A stretch of DNA of 61,457 nt, counting the filler, from Bdellovibrionota bacterium (GTDB lineage Bacteria > Bdellovibrionota > Bdellovibrionia > Bdellovibrionales > JAEYZS01), in the NCBI GenBank assembly GCA_963169515.1. It is 6 parts of 6 records of this genome, joined end to end, with 100 filler letters (N's around TTAATTAATTAA, not from the genome) between each part and the next. Parts side by side here need not be neighbours in the genome. Positions count along the whole stretch, not along the records: positions 1 to 13,528 come from CAUJEF010000146.1; 5 more parts are not named here. One strand, written 5' to 3'. The notes under the pieces are model-generated. The model was not told where the DNA came from and made no database searches. It saw only the letters and a program-made list of their open reading frames with translations. The first letter of the stretch is position 1. The number at the start of each line of letters is the position of its first letter. The position numbers were made by a program, and so were the translations under genes. Positions 1 through 10,540 of the stretch are shown here, in pieces.

Positions 1-408
1 ACAAGCTTGTGTGAATACAGCTCTGGTATTTTGGTTTTTGTTTAGTAGGTCTTCGACTTGGCTCGGATCAAGCGCATCACCCCAGTTGACCTTGTGTTCG
101 ACGACGTTTAGCTGAAAGCGATTCCCCATTTCTACCCAACGCTCACCAAATTTTCCGCTGTTCACGATGATGACCGTATCCCCGGGGGAAAGCGTATTGA
201 CCATGGCCGACTCCATGCCGCCAGAGCCGGTCGCGGTTTGAAAAAATACGCTGCCTTTGGTTTTAAAAATTCCTTTGATTTCTTTAAGACAGTAGGCCAG
301 ACATTCCTCAAACGCTTCTGTGCGATGGTGAACCATTGGCTCTGCCATAACTTTTTTCACATAGTCGGGAAGCTCGACGGGTCCCGGCGTCATCAAAAGC
401 TTTTTCAT
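1..408 (-). CDS. Class V PLP-dependent aminotransferase (alanine-glyoxylate/serine-pyruvate type); runs off the window start
   Basis: Not in ORF track. Manual translation from ATG 408: MKKLLMTPGPVELPDYVKKVMAEPMVHHRTEAF..., later SGSGGMESAMVNTLSPGDTVIIVNSGKFGERW, typical of class V aminotransferases. GAGGAG RBS. Confidence 0.88.
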   Translation of the reverse strand, partial: MKKLLMTPGPVELPDYVKKVMAEPMVHHRTEAFEECLAYCLKEIKGIFKTKGSVFFQTATGSGGMESAMVNTLSPGDTVIIVNSGKFGERWVEMGNRFQLNVVEHKVNWGDALDPSQVEDLLNKNQNTRAVFTQAC

Positions 409-448
409 AGACTCCTCTCTTAAGTCCATCGTAATTTTATAGCGAAAT

Positions 449-1021
449 ATGCGGCATATATTAAGTCTTTTATTAGTTTTGTTGATTGCAGTGGGGTGCT
501 CATATCGTTTTGGGTCATCGGGGCGAAAAATTCCGGGGGGCTACACCTTAGTTTCCGTTCCTGTATTCCAAAACAAAACCAAGACCGTTGGTATAGAGGC
601 GTTCTTCACGCGTTCTATGATTGATGAGATCGAGCGATCGCGTTTGGGGCAGGTCACAGACAGGGAAGAATCTCAGGTGATTATTGAGGGTACCTTGAAC
701 TCTGTCGAACTGATCAAGGGGTCTGAGGTCTCCCGGGACACAGGCGGAAATTTTGCCGAACTTCCAGAGGGCGCAACGCTAGCAAGAGAGTATCGAGTTA
801 TTGTTCGGTCTACGATTTTATTGAGAAAAACATCGGATATGTCCGTTTTGTGGACCAGTTCCTTTACGGGTGAGCGTCGTTATCCTGCTGCGATTGTAAC
901 TCGACAGGTCATAAATACCGTAAATCCGCTTTATAATCAAAACGCTCAGATTGAAAGCATCAGAATAGTGGCGCGAGATCTTGTCGCCGAAGCATTTGAA
1001 CAGATGACGGAAAATTTTTAA
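449..1021 (+). CDS. lptE: LPS assembly lipoprotein LptE family
   Basis: Lipobox IAVGC, CSYRFG start, VPVFQNKT motif; directly upstream of holA. Confidence 0.8.
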   Translation: MRHILSLLLVLLIAVGCSYRFGSSGRKIPGGYTLVSVPVFQNKTKTVGIEAFFTRSMIDEIERSRLGQVTDREESQVIIEGTLNSVELIKGSEVSRDTGGNFAELPEGATLAREYRVIVRSTILLRKTSDMSVLWTSSFTGERRYPAAIVTRQVINTVNPLYNQNAQIESIRIVARDLVAEAFEQMTENF

Positions 1022-2028
1022 TGGCTAACTGGAGCTTTTCACAATTTCATTCAATACTTTCCCAAAACAAGGTCGAACCGTTTTATGGTCTTATCGGTGA
1101 CGAGGGTTATTTAATCGAACAGTCGATTCATCTTTTACGTAAAAATTTACTTCAAGAGGGGGCTGAAGATTTTAATTACAACGCATATTTTGGCGATGAA
1201 GTTGACATGGATGAGGTTCGTAACGTCGCTGAAACATTGCCAATGATGGGGGAGCGACGGCTGATTATTTTGAAAAATGCCCATCTTCTTAAGGCAGACC
1301 AACTTGAAAAGCTTTTGGAGCTGACATCGATACCGATCGAAACGACAGTTATCGTCTTTGTTTTTCACAAAATCGATCAACGTAAAAAAGTTTTTAAAGA
1401 CTTGCTAAAAGCGATTACTGTCGTGGACATGACAACTCCGAAAGAGCGAGAGATTTCAATGTGGATTCAACAAATCGCTCAATCTTACAGTAAAAAAATA
1501 TCCCCGCAGTGTGCAGTTTTGTTGCAGCAACTTGTGGGAAATCGATTGATTGATCTTGATAACGAAATTCGAAAATTATCCCTGTATATTGGGGAACGAA
1601 ATGCTGTCGAACCGCAAGATATCGACGCAATTGTATCAAGGTCAAAGATGGATTCTGTATTCGAATTAACGGATGCGATTGGATCTGGCAAAACAGAAAA
1701 AGCCCTCCAGACCTTACAACAGCTTTTGGATCAAGGCGAGAGCGAGGTAGGGATGCTTGCGATGATCACTCGACATATACGGCTATTGTTATTTACCCAA
1801 GAGGGATTGGCGCAAGACTTACCGCCGAGCCAATTGAGCAGTTACGTCGGTGTGCCACCATTTTTTATGAATCCGTATGTAAAACAGGCTCAAGTTTGGT
1901 CAAATAGAAAAATTAAAAGTATATATAACCTGCTTTTAAAAACGGATAAGAGCTTAAAATCTATTTCTATTTCGCCGCGAATTTTTTTAGAAAATCTAAT
2001 TCTGAAATCCAAGACTACAGGCCTATGA
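1021..2028 (+). CDS. holA: DNA polymerase III delta subunit
   Basis: GDEGYL, TLPMMGERRLII, SVFELTDAI motifs; 335 aa. Confidence 0.92.
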   Translation: MANWSFSQFHSILSQNKVEPFYGLIGDEGYLIEQSIHLLRKNLLQEGAEDFNYNAYFGDEVDMDEVRNVAETLPMMGERRLIILKNAHLLKADQLEKLLELTSIPIETTVIVFVFHKIDQRKKVFKDLLKAITVVDMTTPKEREISMWIQQIAQSYSKKISPQCAVLLQQLVGNRLIDLDNEIRKLSLYIGERNAVEPQDIDAIVSRSKMDSVFELTDAIGSGKTEKALQTLQQLLDQGESEVGMLAMITRHIRLLLFTQEGLAQDLPPSQLSSYVGVPPFFMNPYVKQAQVWSNRKIKSIYNLLLKTDKSLKSISISPRIFLENLILKSKTTGL

Positions 2029-2073
2029 CCTTGGTTTAGTCATTTTAAACAATAAGTCAGCCGATAAGTCGAC

Positions 2074-2439
2074 ATGAACACTTCATACGACTCCAGTAAG
2101 CGCAGGTTTCCGCGCCGCCCGTTGTTGGCGCCGGTTGGAATATTATTGAACGGCGAATATCGTGTGTACCCCAGCTTTGATGTTGGGGAACGTGGCGTGG
2201 GTATCATGTGCGACAGGCCAATGGATAAAAACCAACAGGTGGTTGTGTGTTTTTTCATAAATCATGGGTGTTTCGTTGTTTGCCGCGGCGAGGTTCGGTT
2301 CTGCCGCGCCGAAGGTAGCGGATTTCGCTTGGGATTTGAGTTTACAAATATACGTTTCGAGGACCGCCGTACAATACGCGAATACATTGCATTCGCCACT
2401 GAGACAGCGTCAGACACCGGCCGTCCGGTGACCGGATAA
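2074..2439 (+). CDS. Stand-alone PilZ-domain (c-di-GMP-binding) protein
   Basis: RRFPR (RxxxR) and DVGERG (DxxxxG) motifs, GFEF strand. Confidence 0.8.
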   Translation: MNTSYDSSKRRFPRRPLLAPVGILLNGEYRVYPSFDVGERGVGIMCDRPMDKNQQVVVCFFINHGCFVVCRGEVRFCRAEGSGFRLGFEFTNIRFEDRRTIREYIAFATETASDTGRPVTG

Positions 2440-2453
2440 CGGGTGCCTGGCAC

Positions 2454-2714
2454 CTATAATTGAAAGACTTGTTTGGAAAGGCGAGCAATTTTTCGAGATG
2501 CCGCTTTAAAGTGAACAATATTTTTCTTAGCAGCGCGATCGATTTGGCTTGCAAAAGTTTTTAAAAGTTCTTGGGCTTTTTTTACATCTTTAGCAGCGAT
2601 TGCTGTTTTTAAATTTTTTTCCCAAGTCTTTACAGCACTGCTGCGTGCACGATTGAACTTTGCCTTGCGTACCGATTGTCGGGCTCTTTTTTCTGCAGAT
2701 TTATGAGTTGCCAA
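2454..2714 (-). CDS. rpsT: 30S ribosomal protein S20 (TTG start)
   Basis: ATHKSAEKRARQS...AASRKIARL; AGGAGG RBS. Confidence 0.96.
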   Translation of the reverse strand: MATHKSAEKRARQSVRKAKFNRARSSAVKTWEKNLKTAIAAKDVKKAQELLKTFASQIDRAAKKNIVHFKAASRKIARLSKQVFQL

Positions 2715-2777
2715 AACTAAATCCTCCTGAAACTATTAAAATTAAGAAGCGAAATCAGTATCATACCCATTTGGGGA

Positions 2778-4394
2778 ATGCAAGGATATCGACACTTGGA
2801 ACAACCTGCGGGCACTGGGTCTAACATAGCGAAATCAGCTGCGTTTATAGCGTTGGGAACACTTTCCAGCAGAGTTTTGGGGTTGGTCCGGGATGCGCTT
2901 TTTGGAGCACTTTTTTCAAGAACTGTAACAGATGCATGGCTTGTGGCCTTCAGAATTCCCAATATGTTTCGTCGAATTTTCGGAGAAGGGGCTCTTTCGG
3001 TCAGTTTTATTCCAGTGTTTGTTGATTTAATGAATCCCAAAAAAATAGGTTATGATCCTAATGGATCAAAGAAGCTTGTGAATGGTGTGTTTACTCTTTT
3101 GGTTATTATTCTGACTGCGGCAACTTTCTTGGGGATCATTTTTTCTGAAAATCTAGTTCGATTAATTGCTGGTGGCGAATCCTATATGGCAGTACCCGGA
3201 AAATTTGAAATGACCGTTGGGATGAACAAAATTATGTTCGTTTTTATATTGCTTATTTGTTTATATGCCTATGCCATGGCAATTTTAAACGCGTTAAGAG
3301 AGTTCGTTTTGCCTGCCTTTGCTCCTGTTTTTTTTAATATTGCGATGATTGTTTCAACGATTCTTCCCAGTGTGTCTTCAAATTTCTCTCAAAACGTGCT
3401 GGCGTGGGGCGTGGTTGTGGGGGGCTTACTTCAATTTGCAATTTTGATCCCACCACTGATTCGTGCAGGGTATTTGCCAAAATTATCAAAAGAAATTTGG
3501 TCTGATGCGATCAAAATTGTCTTTCAAAAGATGGTTCCGGGTCTGTTCGGAATGGGGATTTTGCAGCTTACTATAATCGTGAACACTCGCTTTGCATCGG
3601 CGTTGCCCGAAGGAACAAACTCTTGGATCTTTTGGGCCGATCGAATCTTAGAGCTTCCCTTGGCACTGTTTGCCGTGAGCATGGGAACGGCGCTACTACC
3701 CACGCTTGCCCTGCACTGGCAATTGGGTGAGCGTGATAAGATGGTTGAAATCTTTCATCGAAATTTAAAACTGGTATTGTTTCTTGCAATTCCGAGCAGT
3801 ATCGGGATGTACGTTATGGCTGAACCCATTGTGGAGCTTTTGTTTCGGCGAGGTCGCTTTGATATCAACGATCTTCAAAACACAGCATTAGTTGTAAAAA
3901 TTTACGCTTTGGGAATTATCTCGTACACGGTGGTTCGAATCGGTGCCCAAGCGTTTTATGCAATTCAAAATACAAAGTTGCCTGCATATATTTCTGCGAT
4001 TTGTCTGGGAATTCATTTTGTGCTGGCTCCGATTCTGATGAAATCTTACGGCGTTGGCGGTTTGATGGCATCAACGGTGCTAAGCGCGACACTGAATATG
4101 TCGTTACTTTTAATTGCGTTTAAATTAAAGATTGGTTCGCTCGAACCCGGAAGTTACATTGAAAGCCTGATTAATTTTTTAATCGCGGGATTCACAATGG
4201 GTTTATTCACAAAAAGCTATTTTTATCTTCTTCCCCATTTGCCTGATGTGATTTGGATTCGTGGGCTGGCCATTGTTTTATATATCATGGTAGCTGCAGT
4301 CATTTACTTTGGTGTGTCCTTCATACTTAAAACGCCAGAGGCGCAACCCATTTGGATACGGATCAAATCGCGTTTTAATTTTCGAGCTTTTTAA
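2778..4394 (+). CDS. murJ: Lipid II flippase MurJ (MviN)
   Basis: SRVLGLVRD, FRIPNMFRRIFGEGALS, ADRILELP motifs; multi-TM. Confidence 0.95.
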   Translation: MQGYRHLEQPAGTGSNIAKSAAFIALGTLSSRVLGLVRDALFGALFSRTVTDAWLVAFRIPNMFRRIFGEGALSVSFIPVFVDLMNPKKIGYDPNGSKKLVNGVFTLLVIILTAATFLGIIFSENLVRLIAGGESYMAVPGKFEMTVGMNKIMFVFILLICLYAYAMAILNALREFVLPAFAPVFFNIAMIVSTILPSVSSNFSQNVLAWGVVVGGLLQFAILIPPLIRAGYLPKLSKEIWSDAIKIVFQKMVPGLFGMGILQLTIIVNTRFASALPEGTNSWIFWADRILELPLALFAVSMGTALLPTLALHWQLGERDKMVEIFHRNLKLVLFLAIPSSIGMYVMAEPIVELLFRRGRFDINDLQNTALVVKIYALGIISYTVVRIGAQAFYAIQNTKLPAYISAICLGIHFVLAPILMKSYGVGGLMASTVLSATLNMSLLLIAFKLKIGSLEPGSYIESLINFLIAGFTMGLFTKSYFYLLPHLPDVIWIRGLAIVLYIMVAAVIYFGVSFILKTPEAQPIWIRIKSRFNFRAF

Positions 4395-5160
4395 TTTCTT
4401 TCCACAGTTTTTCCAACTGAACGGATTTCAAGCTTTCAAACTTCAAACCCTTTTTCTTTGCAAGGTTCTTCATCTTAAAAAAACGGGATTCAAAACGTGT
4501 ATTGGCTTTCCTTAGAGCGCCTTCGGCGTCAAGATCCTGGTGTCGTGCGATTTGTGAAACTGTAAATAAAATGTCTCCAATTTCATGTTCTTGTTCTTTT
4601 TTATTTTTCCTTTTTAGCGCCGCTTTTAGCTCTTCTACTTCTTCATCCAATTTCTTTATAACCTCAGACGTTTTTGTCCAATCAAACTTTTGTTTTCGTG
4701 TTTTACCGCCGATTTTGGCAGCCCTTTGCAGGGACGGTAGTTGCAGTGGGATGCCGAAGCCTTTTACATTTTTGTTTTCTTTTGATTTTAGTTCATCCCA
4801 ATTTCTTAAAACATGGGCCGCGTCTTTGACCTCTACATCGCCAAAGACATGGGGATGTCGGATCACCATTTTTGTACAAATCCCTCGGATCACATCTTCT
4901 ATCGTAAAGGTGCCTTCTTCTTTTCCAATCTGGGCATGGAAAACAATTTGCAACATCATGTCGCCTAATTCTTCGACCATGTTTTCAAGATTGCTTTTTT
5001 CTACGGCATCGACGAACTCATAGGTCTCTTCAACTGCATATTGAGTAAGCGTTTTATGGTTTTGTTCGCGATCCCATGGACAACCATTCGGTGATCGCAG
5101 TAGGTTCATAATCTCGACCAAAGATTGAAATGTATCGAGTCTTTTGGGCGGCTTTTCCAT
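4375..5160 (-). CDS. mazG: Nucleoside triphosphate pyrophosphohydrolase MazG
   Basis: LRSPNGCPWDREQ, EELGD, RHPHVFG motifs; tandem domain. Confidence 0.95.
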   Translation of the reverse strand: MEKPPKRLDTFQSLVEIMNLLRSPNGCPWDREQNHKTLTQYAVEETYEFVDAVEKSNLENMVEELGDMMLQIVFHAQIGKEEGTFTIEDVIRGICTKMVIRHPHVFGDVEVKDAAHVLRNWDELKSKENKNVKGFGIPLQLPSLQRAAKIGGKTRKQKFDWTKTSEVIKKLDEEVEELKAALKRKNKKEQEHEIGDILFTVSQIARHQDLDAEGALRKANTRFESRFFKMKNLAKKKGLKFESLKSVQLEKLWKEIKKLEN

Positions 5161-5299
5161 ACGAAAGAAGTAAGGCTTTGTCTTGGAAAAAGCAAAGACT
5201 GATTGCGGTGACTGGAATGGATTAAAACAAAGCGTCTTTCGTAAATCAAACTGCGGTTTGATCCGATAAGTATTTGATAGGAAAGAGATTTTTTAAGAA

Positions 5300-7696
5300 A
5301 TGAATTTGTTAAAAAAGGCGCCAAAAGAGGAAACGATACATCATCGTACCAAGTATGTTGATCAGACCACAAAGTTTGTGGACTGGGTCAATGCGCTTGG
5401 GATTGAGCGAACATGGGTCGGTCGACTGCTTGGGTATTTTGACGAAAGGTTTATGATTCGTCGATTCGCGCTAATATTTATGTTTTCGCTGGCGCTTTCA
5501 CTTGTTCTTACCATGAATCTTGATTTTGTGTTTGTCGGTTACAAAACTGGCGATCTTGTGGGAACGGATATTAAGTCTCCTTTAAGTTTTGAATTTGTCG
5601 ATGAAGTCGAAACGGCTCAAAAGAAAAAAGAAGCAGAAGATATGGTTCCTGCCGTGTATGACATGGACCCCAATGCTTTTGAACCGGTTATTGCAGGCGT
5701 GTACTCAAGCTTCCGTGAGATGCGAAGACAATTGGCCGGCAAACCTTGGCCCCGCGATCAAATTAAAAAAGAAGAACGGATTAAAGAATTTTTGAAGCAC
5801 AAAGAAAAATTTGATGGGTTGATCGGCCACAAACGAATCACTATGCGTCAGTTCGAATGGCTTGCAACCAACCGATTCCGGGTTCATTACGAAAATGTCA
5901 TCATTCGAATGTTGGAACAAATTGCGTCTGAAAAAATTGTTGCCGATTTAATCCCGCTCAAAGATCAAAACAAGGATAGCATTATCGTTAGAATTGTCGA
6001 GCGAGGCGGTGAGGGCGAAGAATTCACAGTTAGCCTAAAGGATATTAAAGACGTTTACTCTGTTCGTAGAAATCTGACGATGAAGGACATTCCGGGCAAT
6101 GACAAAATTCCTTTGGACGACCAGACACAGTTGTTGAAAATAGTAGAAGCGCTTGTGTTACCGAATTTAAATCTAAATTTGCAGGAAACCACGAACAGCA
6201 AGCAAAGTGCCCGCGACTCTGTGTTGCCTGTCGTAATTTCAATTAAGAAAAACCAATTGATTGTAAGTGAAGGTTCAGTCATTCAGGCTGTGCATGAACG
6301 AGTTTTGGATGAAATCGGGCGCAGGAAATCAAAATCGCAGCGGGATTTTGAAGCATTAGTCATGGCCGCATTTTTCATCACGATGATTTTGGTCTTCTTT
6401 TCCTACCTGCGGCGGTTCACGCTGAACAAAGTAAAAGTAGATTCTAAGGATCTGGTTGTAATGGGCGTGATCACAATTGCAATTGTACTTTTGGGCAAAA
6501 TTTCTCTTTTTGTCATAGCAGAAACAATTCAACGGCGCTTTGGCGTCACAATACCGTCCATGGCTTTTTGGTATTTGCTTCCGGTTTTTGCCGGTCCAAT
6601 GCTCGTGGGTTTGCTTATTACATCAGGTGAAATCGTCTGGCTATTCACGGTTTTTTTAAGCACAGTATTGACATTTATGATGGAATTGAATTTTCCGTAT
6701 CTGATTGTGACCGTGGTCGGTGGAATCGCTGCAGCTCGTGGGGTGTTTAATTGCAAAAAACGCAATGACGTTTATATGGCCGGTTTGCGTGCGGGATCTA
6801 TCAACATTCTTACAATCTTATTGGTTACCGTGGTGACAACGCAAGCCCAAGATAATATTTGGAATCATATTTTTTGGAACTGCTTGGCCGGATTTATTTC
6901 GGGTGTTGCGTCTAGCTTTGTTGCTCTGATGTTCATTCCGCTCTTGGAAACTGCGTTTAATTATACGACAGACGTTCGGTTGCTCGAACTTAGTAATTTA
7001 AATCACCCATTGTTGAAAGAAATGAGCGTGAAGGCTCTTGGCACTTATCATCATTCGCTTGTGGTTGGAAGTATGGTGGAAACTGCGGCGGAAGCCATTG
7101 GCGCGAACGCGCTTCTGGGTCGTGTGGCGTCTTATTTTCATGATATTGGCAAAACAGAACACGCAGCCTATTTTATTGAAAATCAAAAACCGCAGAGTAA
7201 TCCCCACGATCACTTGTCGCCGAACATGAGCAAGACGATTTTGATTGCCCACGTAAAAGATGGGGTAGAGTTAGGTTTGCAATTCAAATTGGGAAAGCCA
7301 ATTATCGACGTGATACAACAGCATCACGGCACGACATTGATTTCCTTTTTCTATAATCGCGCACAAGAAAACAATGATGATTCTATGGGCGAGGTCAAAG
7401 AAGAAGAGTATCGTTATCCTGGGCCCAAGCCGCAAATTAAAGAATCGGCATTGTGTATGCTCGCTGATTCTGTCGAGGCCGCAGCAAGAACATTAGACGA
7501 ACCCTCTCCGGTTCGACTGAGAAACATGGTTAAAACGATCATCCAGAGAAAGTTTATGGACGAGCAGCTTGACGAATGTAATTTGAGCCTTCGTGATCTT
7601 TCTAGTATTGAAAACTGTTTCGTGCGCGTTCTTATTGGCATTTATCACCAGCGAGTGGATTATCCACGACACCTGGGTGGTGTGGGCAGGGGCTAG
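5300..7696 (+). CDS. 7TM-HD (HDIG) phosphohydrolase, PgpH-like cyclic-dinucleotide phosphodiesterase family
   Basis: Large extracytoplasmic domain, 7TM block, GTYHHS, YFHDIGK, QHHGT, YPGPKPQ, LADSVEAA; adjacent to ybeY. Confidence 0.88.
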   Translation: MNLLKKAPKEETIHHRTKYVDQTTKFVDWVNALGIERTWVGRLLGYFDERFMIRRFALIFMFSLALSLVLTMNLDFVFVGYKTGDLVGTDIKSPLSFEFVDEVETAQKKKEAEDMVPAVYDMDPNAFEPVIAGVYSSFREMRRQLAGKPWPRDQIKKEERIKEFLKHKEKFDGLIGHKRITMRQFEWLATNRFRVHYENVIIRMLEQIASEKIVADLIPLKDQNKDSIIVRIVERGGEGEEFTVSLKDIKDVYSVRRNLTMKDIPGNDKIPLDDQTQLLKIVEALVLPNLNLNLQETTNSKQSARDSVLPVVISIKKNQLIVSEGSVIQAVHERVLDEIGRRKSKSQRDFEALVMAAFFITMILVFFSYLRRFTLNKVKVDSKDLVVMGVITIAIVLLGKISLFVIAETIQRRFGVTIPSMAFWYLLPVFAGPMLVGLLITSGEIVWLFTVFLSTVLTFMMELNFPYLIVTVVGGIAAARGVFNCKKRNDVYMAGLRAGSINILTILLVTVVTTQAQDNIWNHIFWNCLAGFISGVASSFVALMFIPLLETAFNYTTDVRLLELSNLNHPLLKEMSVKALGTYHHSLVVGSMVETAAEAIGANALLGRVASYFHDIGKTEHAAYFIENQKPQSNPHDHLSPNMSKTILIAHVKDGVELGLQFKLGKPIIDVIQQHHGTTLISFFYNRAQENNDDSMGEVKEEEYRYPGPKPQIKESALCMLADSVEAAARTLDEPSPVRLRNMVKTIIQRKFMDEQLDECNLSLRDLSSIENCFVRVLIGIYHQRVDYPRHLGGVGRG

Positions 7697-8136
7697 TGCA
7701 ACTCAACTATGTAAATAAAACCAAAATTTCGATTCCTAAAAAGTTTGTAGAAGTGTGGATTCATCTAATAAAAAAAAATCTTAAGCCAAAGGATACCAGA
7801 GGTTTGATCCTAAGCGAACTGACGATACTGTTTGTATCGCCCGTGACCATGCGTGGTCTAAATAAGAAATTTCGGGATAAGGACTGCGTGACAGATATAT
7901 TGAGTTTTGGATCTTTTGCGAACAATGCTATGCCGGAACTGGTGATTTGCCCCGCCGTACTTAAAAAACGCGCCAAGGAACATGGCCTTACTTTTAACTT
8001 CGAGCTTGGTTATTTAATCCTACACGGAATACTTCATTTGCTGGGATATGATCATGAAAATGGTGGGCGTAAAGCTAAGCAGATGTACGATCTTCAAGAT
8101 AAAATTTATGCCAGAGTTTCAAAGAATTTGAGTTAG
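7696..8136 (+). CDS. ybeY: rRNA maturation endoribonuclease YbeY
   Basis: TDILSF and HGILHLLGYDH zinc motif. Confidence 0.93.
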   Translation: MQLNYVNKTKISIPKKFVEVWIHLIKKNLKPKDTRGLILSELTILFVSPVTMRGLNKKFRDKDCVTDILSFGSFANNAMPELVICPAVLKKRAKEHGLTFNFELGYLILHGILHLLGYDHENGGRKAKQMYDLQDKIYARVSKNLS

Positions 8137-8197
8137 GTTTGCGTCATAATTATAAAATGTTGCTTCAAAGACGATTTGGCCTAAGCTATAAAACATT

Positions 8198-9323
8198 ATG
8201 AGTATCAATACCCACGAAGTAAAAAAGCAACTTAAGGTTTTATCAGATCGATGTACGGACCTGGGGAGGTACCTTTGACATCGAAGGCAAATCGAAACGT
8301 CTAACAGAGCTCGAGGCAAAATCCCAAGAGCCCGAATTCTGGCAAAACACCAGCGAACTTCAAAAGCTCAATAAAGAAAAGGCCCTTTTAGAAAAAACTG
8401 TCACGCAATGGAAAAATATTAACCAGCGTCTTGAAGACGCCGCGGTTTTGTTAGATATGGCGGTGGAAGCGTCTGACGATGACTCGTTTGCAGAAGTGCA
8501 AACCGAAATTCAAAAGCTCGAAGCCATTTCAGAAGAAATGGAGCTTAAAACAATTCTGAATGATCCCGTCGATTCGTGTTCTGCGTTTTTAACAATCAAT
8601 TCAGGCGCGGGTGGCACTGAGGCTTGCGATTGGGCAGGAATGCTTTTAAGAATGTATCTTCGGTATGCAGAACGTCAGGGTTATAAAACCGAGGTCATGG
8701 ATATGTCTGAGGGCGAAGGCGCAGGAATTAAGTCGGCAACGATTTATGTTGAGGGTCCGTATGCCTATGGATACTTGAAGGCAGAGGCTGGGGTTCATCG
8801 CCTGGTCCGCATCAGTCCCTTTGATTCAAATGCGCGACGACACACCTCGTTTGCTGCGGTATTTGCGTGGCCGGAAGTGGATGATGAAATTGAAATTGAA
8901 ATTCGAACGGAAGATTTAAAAGTAGACACATATCGTTCAAGCGGTGCGGGTGGCCAGCACGTCAATAAAACGGAATCTGCAATTCGCATTACGCACGTTC
9001 CATCGGGAATCGTTGTTGCTTGTCAGAGCCAGCGCAGCCAACACGCTAACCGTGACAAAGCGATGAAGATGTTAAAGTCCGCGCTGTACGAGGTAGAGAT
9101 TCAAAAACGAAATCAAAAAAAAGATGAAATGAATGCATCTAAAAAAGCCAATGAGTGGGGCAGTCAGATTCGGTCCTATGTTATGCATCCGTATCAAATG
9201 GTCAAAGATCATCGGACTGCATTTGAAACTAGTCAGGTCCAGGATGTGATGGATGGGAAAATTGATAGCTTTATTCAAGCCGAATTAAAATCCAAGATGC
9301 TTGAAAAGAAAGTGACTAAATAA
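8198..9323 (+). CDS. prfB: Peptide chain release factor 2 with programmed +1 frameshift (8198..8275 joined to 8277..9323)
   Basis: 26-codon first frame ends CTT-TGA-C at 8273-8279; the +1 frame continues DIEGKSKRL... into the 8448 ORF, which has SPF and GGQ motifs. Confidence 0.96.
8263..8279 (+). other. prfB +1 ribosomal frameshift cassette
   Basis: GGGGAGGTAC-CTT-TGA-C: internal SD-like sequence, slippery Leu codon, weak UGA-C stop. Confidence 0.95.
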
Positions 9324-10540
9324 TGTTTCAGGTGTTTCTGGTCTGGCGCTATTTCACTGGAGAATCTCGGGCGGTTAAAATTACGTCATTTCTTGCGAGT
9401 TTAGGCATTATCTTGGGTGTGGCGTGTTTGATAGTTTCAATGTCCGTCGTAAGCGGGGTGGAAAAGTTTATCCAAAGCTCAATAATTGATCTGTACGGCG
9501 ACATTTTAATCCACAAACCTGGCGATAAGATTGCCGACGTCGAGAGCCTGACCGATAAAATAAAAAACTCATCAAAAGAAGTTACCGGAATTACTCCGTA
9601 CGCAATGGTTCAGGGTGTGGCTGTGCGTGAAGGGCATGTTTACGGAGTTGTCCTGCAAGGGCTTGAGGCTACAACGATGAACGATGTTTTAAATTTAAAG
9701 CCAAGGCTTGTTTCGGGCGAACTTGATTTTAAATCCGAGGGGAAAGTTACCAATGCCGTGGTCGGAAAAGAAGCCGTTAAGCAATTAAAATTAAAAATTG
9801 GAGACGTATTTACGGTGATTGTTCCCCGGCCGAGCCGCACAAAAATATCTAATTTTTCACCTGCACAGCAAGCATATAGGCTTGCGGGTATCATGGATTT
9901 TGGTAAGTACGACTATAACGAAAAGGTCCTGGTTACTTCTGCCGAAAGCGTGCAGCATTTGGCAGGAATCGGCAAAGAATTTTTAGGTTTCTACGTCAAA
10001 ATTCGAAAATCCCAAGATGCAAAAAAGGTTTCTGACACAATTCGTGAAGCAATCGGAGAGGACTATCGAGTTCGTGATTGGGAGATGGTAAATATAAATT
10101 TTTTTACAGCGCTCAAAGTAGAGCGCGTGGTTATTTTTATCGTGGTATTGTTTATTGTCATTGTGGCAAGTTTCAATATTTCGAGTACTTTGCTCGTGAC
10201 GGTGATGCGCAGATATTCAGATATATCGGTTTTTCGAACACTGGGGGCAGACCGTGAGTTTATGAAGCGACTTTTCACGTATCAAGGTTTATGGATTGGG
10301 CTTATAGGCGCGATTTTAGGCACTTTTTTGGGCCTCGCCCTTTGCTATTTGATTCGGCATTATAAGTTTATCGACATACCAGGTGACATTTATAAGTTTG
10401 ACCAATTGCCAATTAACATTCAATTTTTTGATGTGACACTTATTTTCTTAGTTACAATCTTGATTTGTTATCTGTCGTCCTTGATTCCGGCTGCGCGTGG
10501 ATCGCGGCTCAGCCCGATTGAGGGGTTACGGTATGAATAA
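9323..10540 (+). CDS. lolC: Lipoprotein-releasing ABC transporter permease LolC/E family
   Basis: MacB/FtsX topology, ends PIEGLRYE; upstream of lolD and bamA. Confidence 0.87.
   Translation: MFQVFLVWRYFTGESRAVKITSFLASLGIILGVACLIVSMSVVSGVEKFIQSSIIDLYGDILIHKPGDKIADVESLTDKIKNSSKEVTGITPYAMVQGVAVREGHVYGVVLQGLEATTMNDVLNLKPRLVSGELDFKSEGKVTNAVVGKEAVKQLKLKIGDVFTVIVPRPSRTKISNFSPAQQAYRLAGIMDFGKYDYNEKVLVTSAESVQHLAGIGKEFLGFYVKIRKSQDAKKVSDTIREAIGEDYRVRDWEMVNINFFTALKVERVVIFIVVLFIVIVASFNISSTLLVTVMRRYSDISVFRTLGADREFMKRLFTYQGLWIGLIGAILGTFLGLALCYLIRHYKFIDIPGDIYKFDQLPINIQFFDVTLIFLVTILICYLSSLIPAARGSRLSPIEGLRYE

Noticed and set aside
238..423. 61-aa plus-strand ORF
   Set aside because: Antisense to the class V aminotransferase at 1-408
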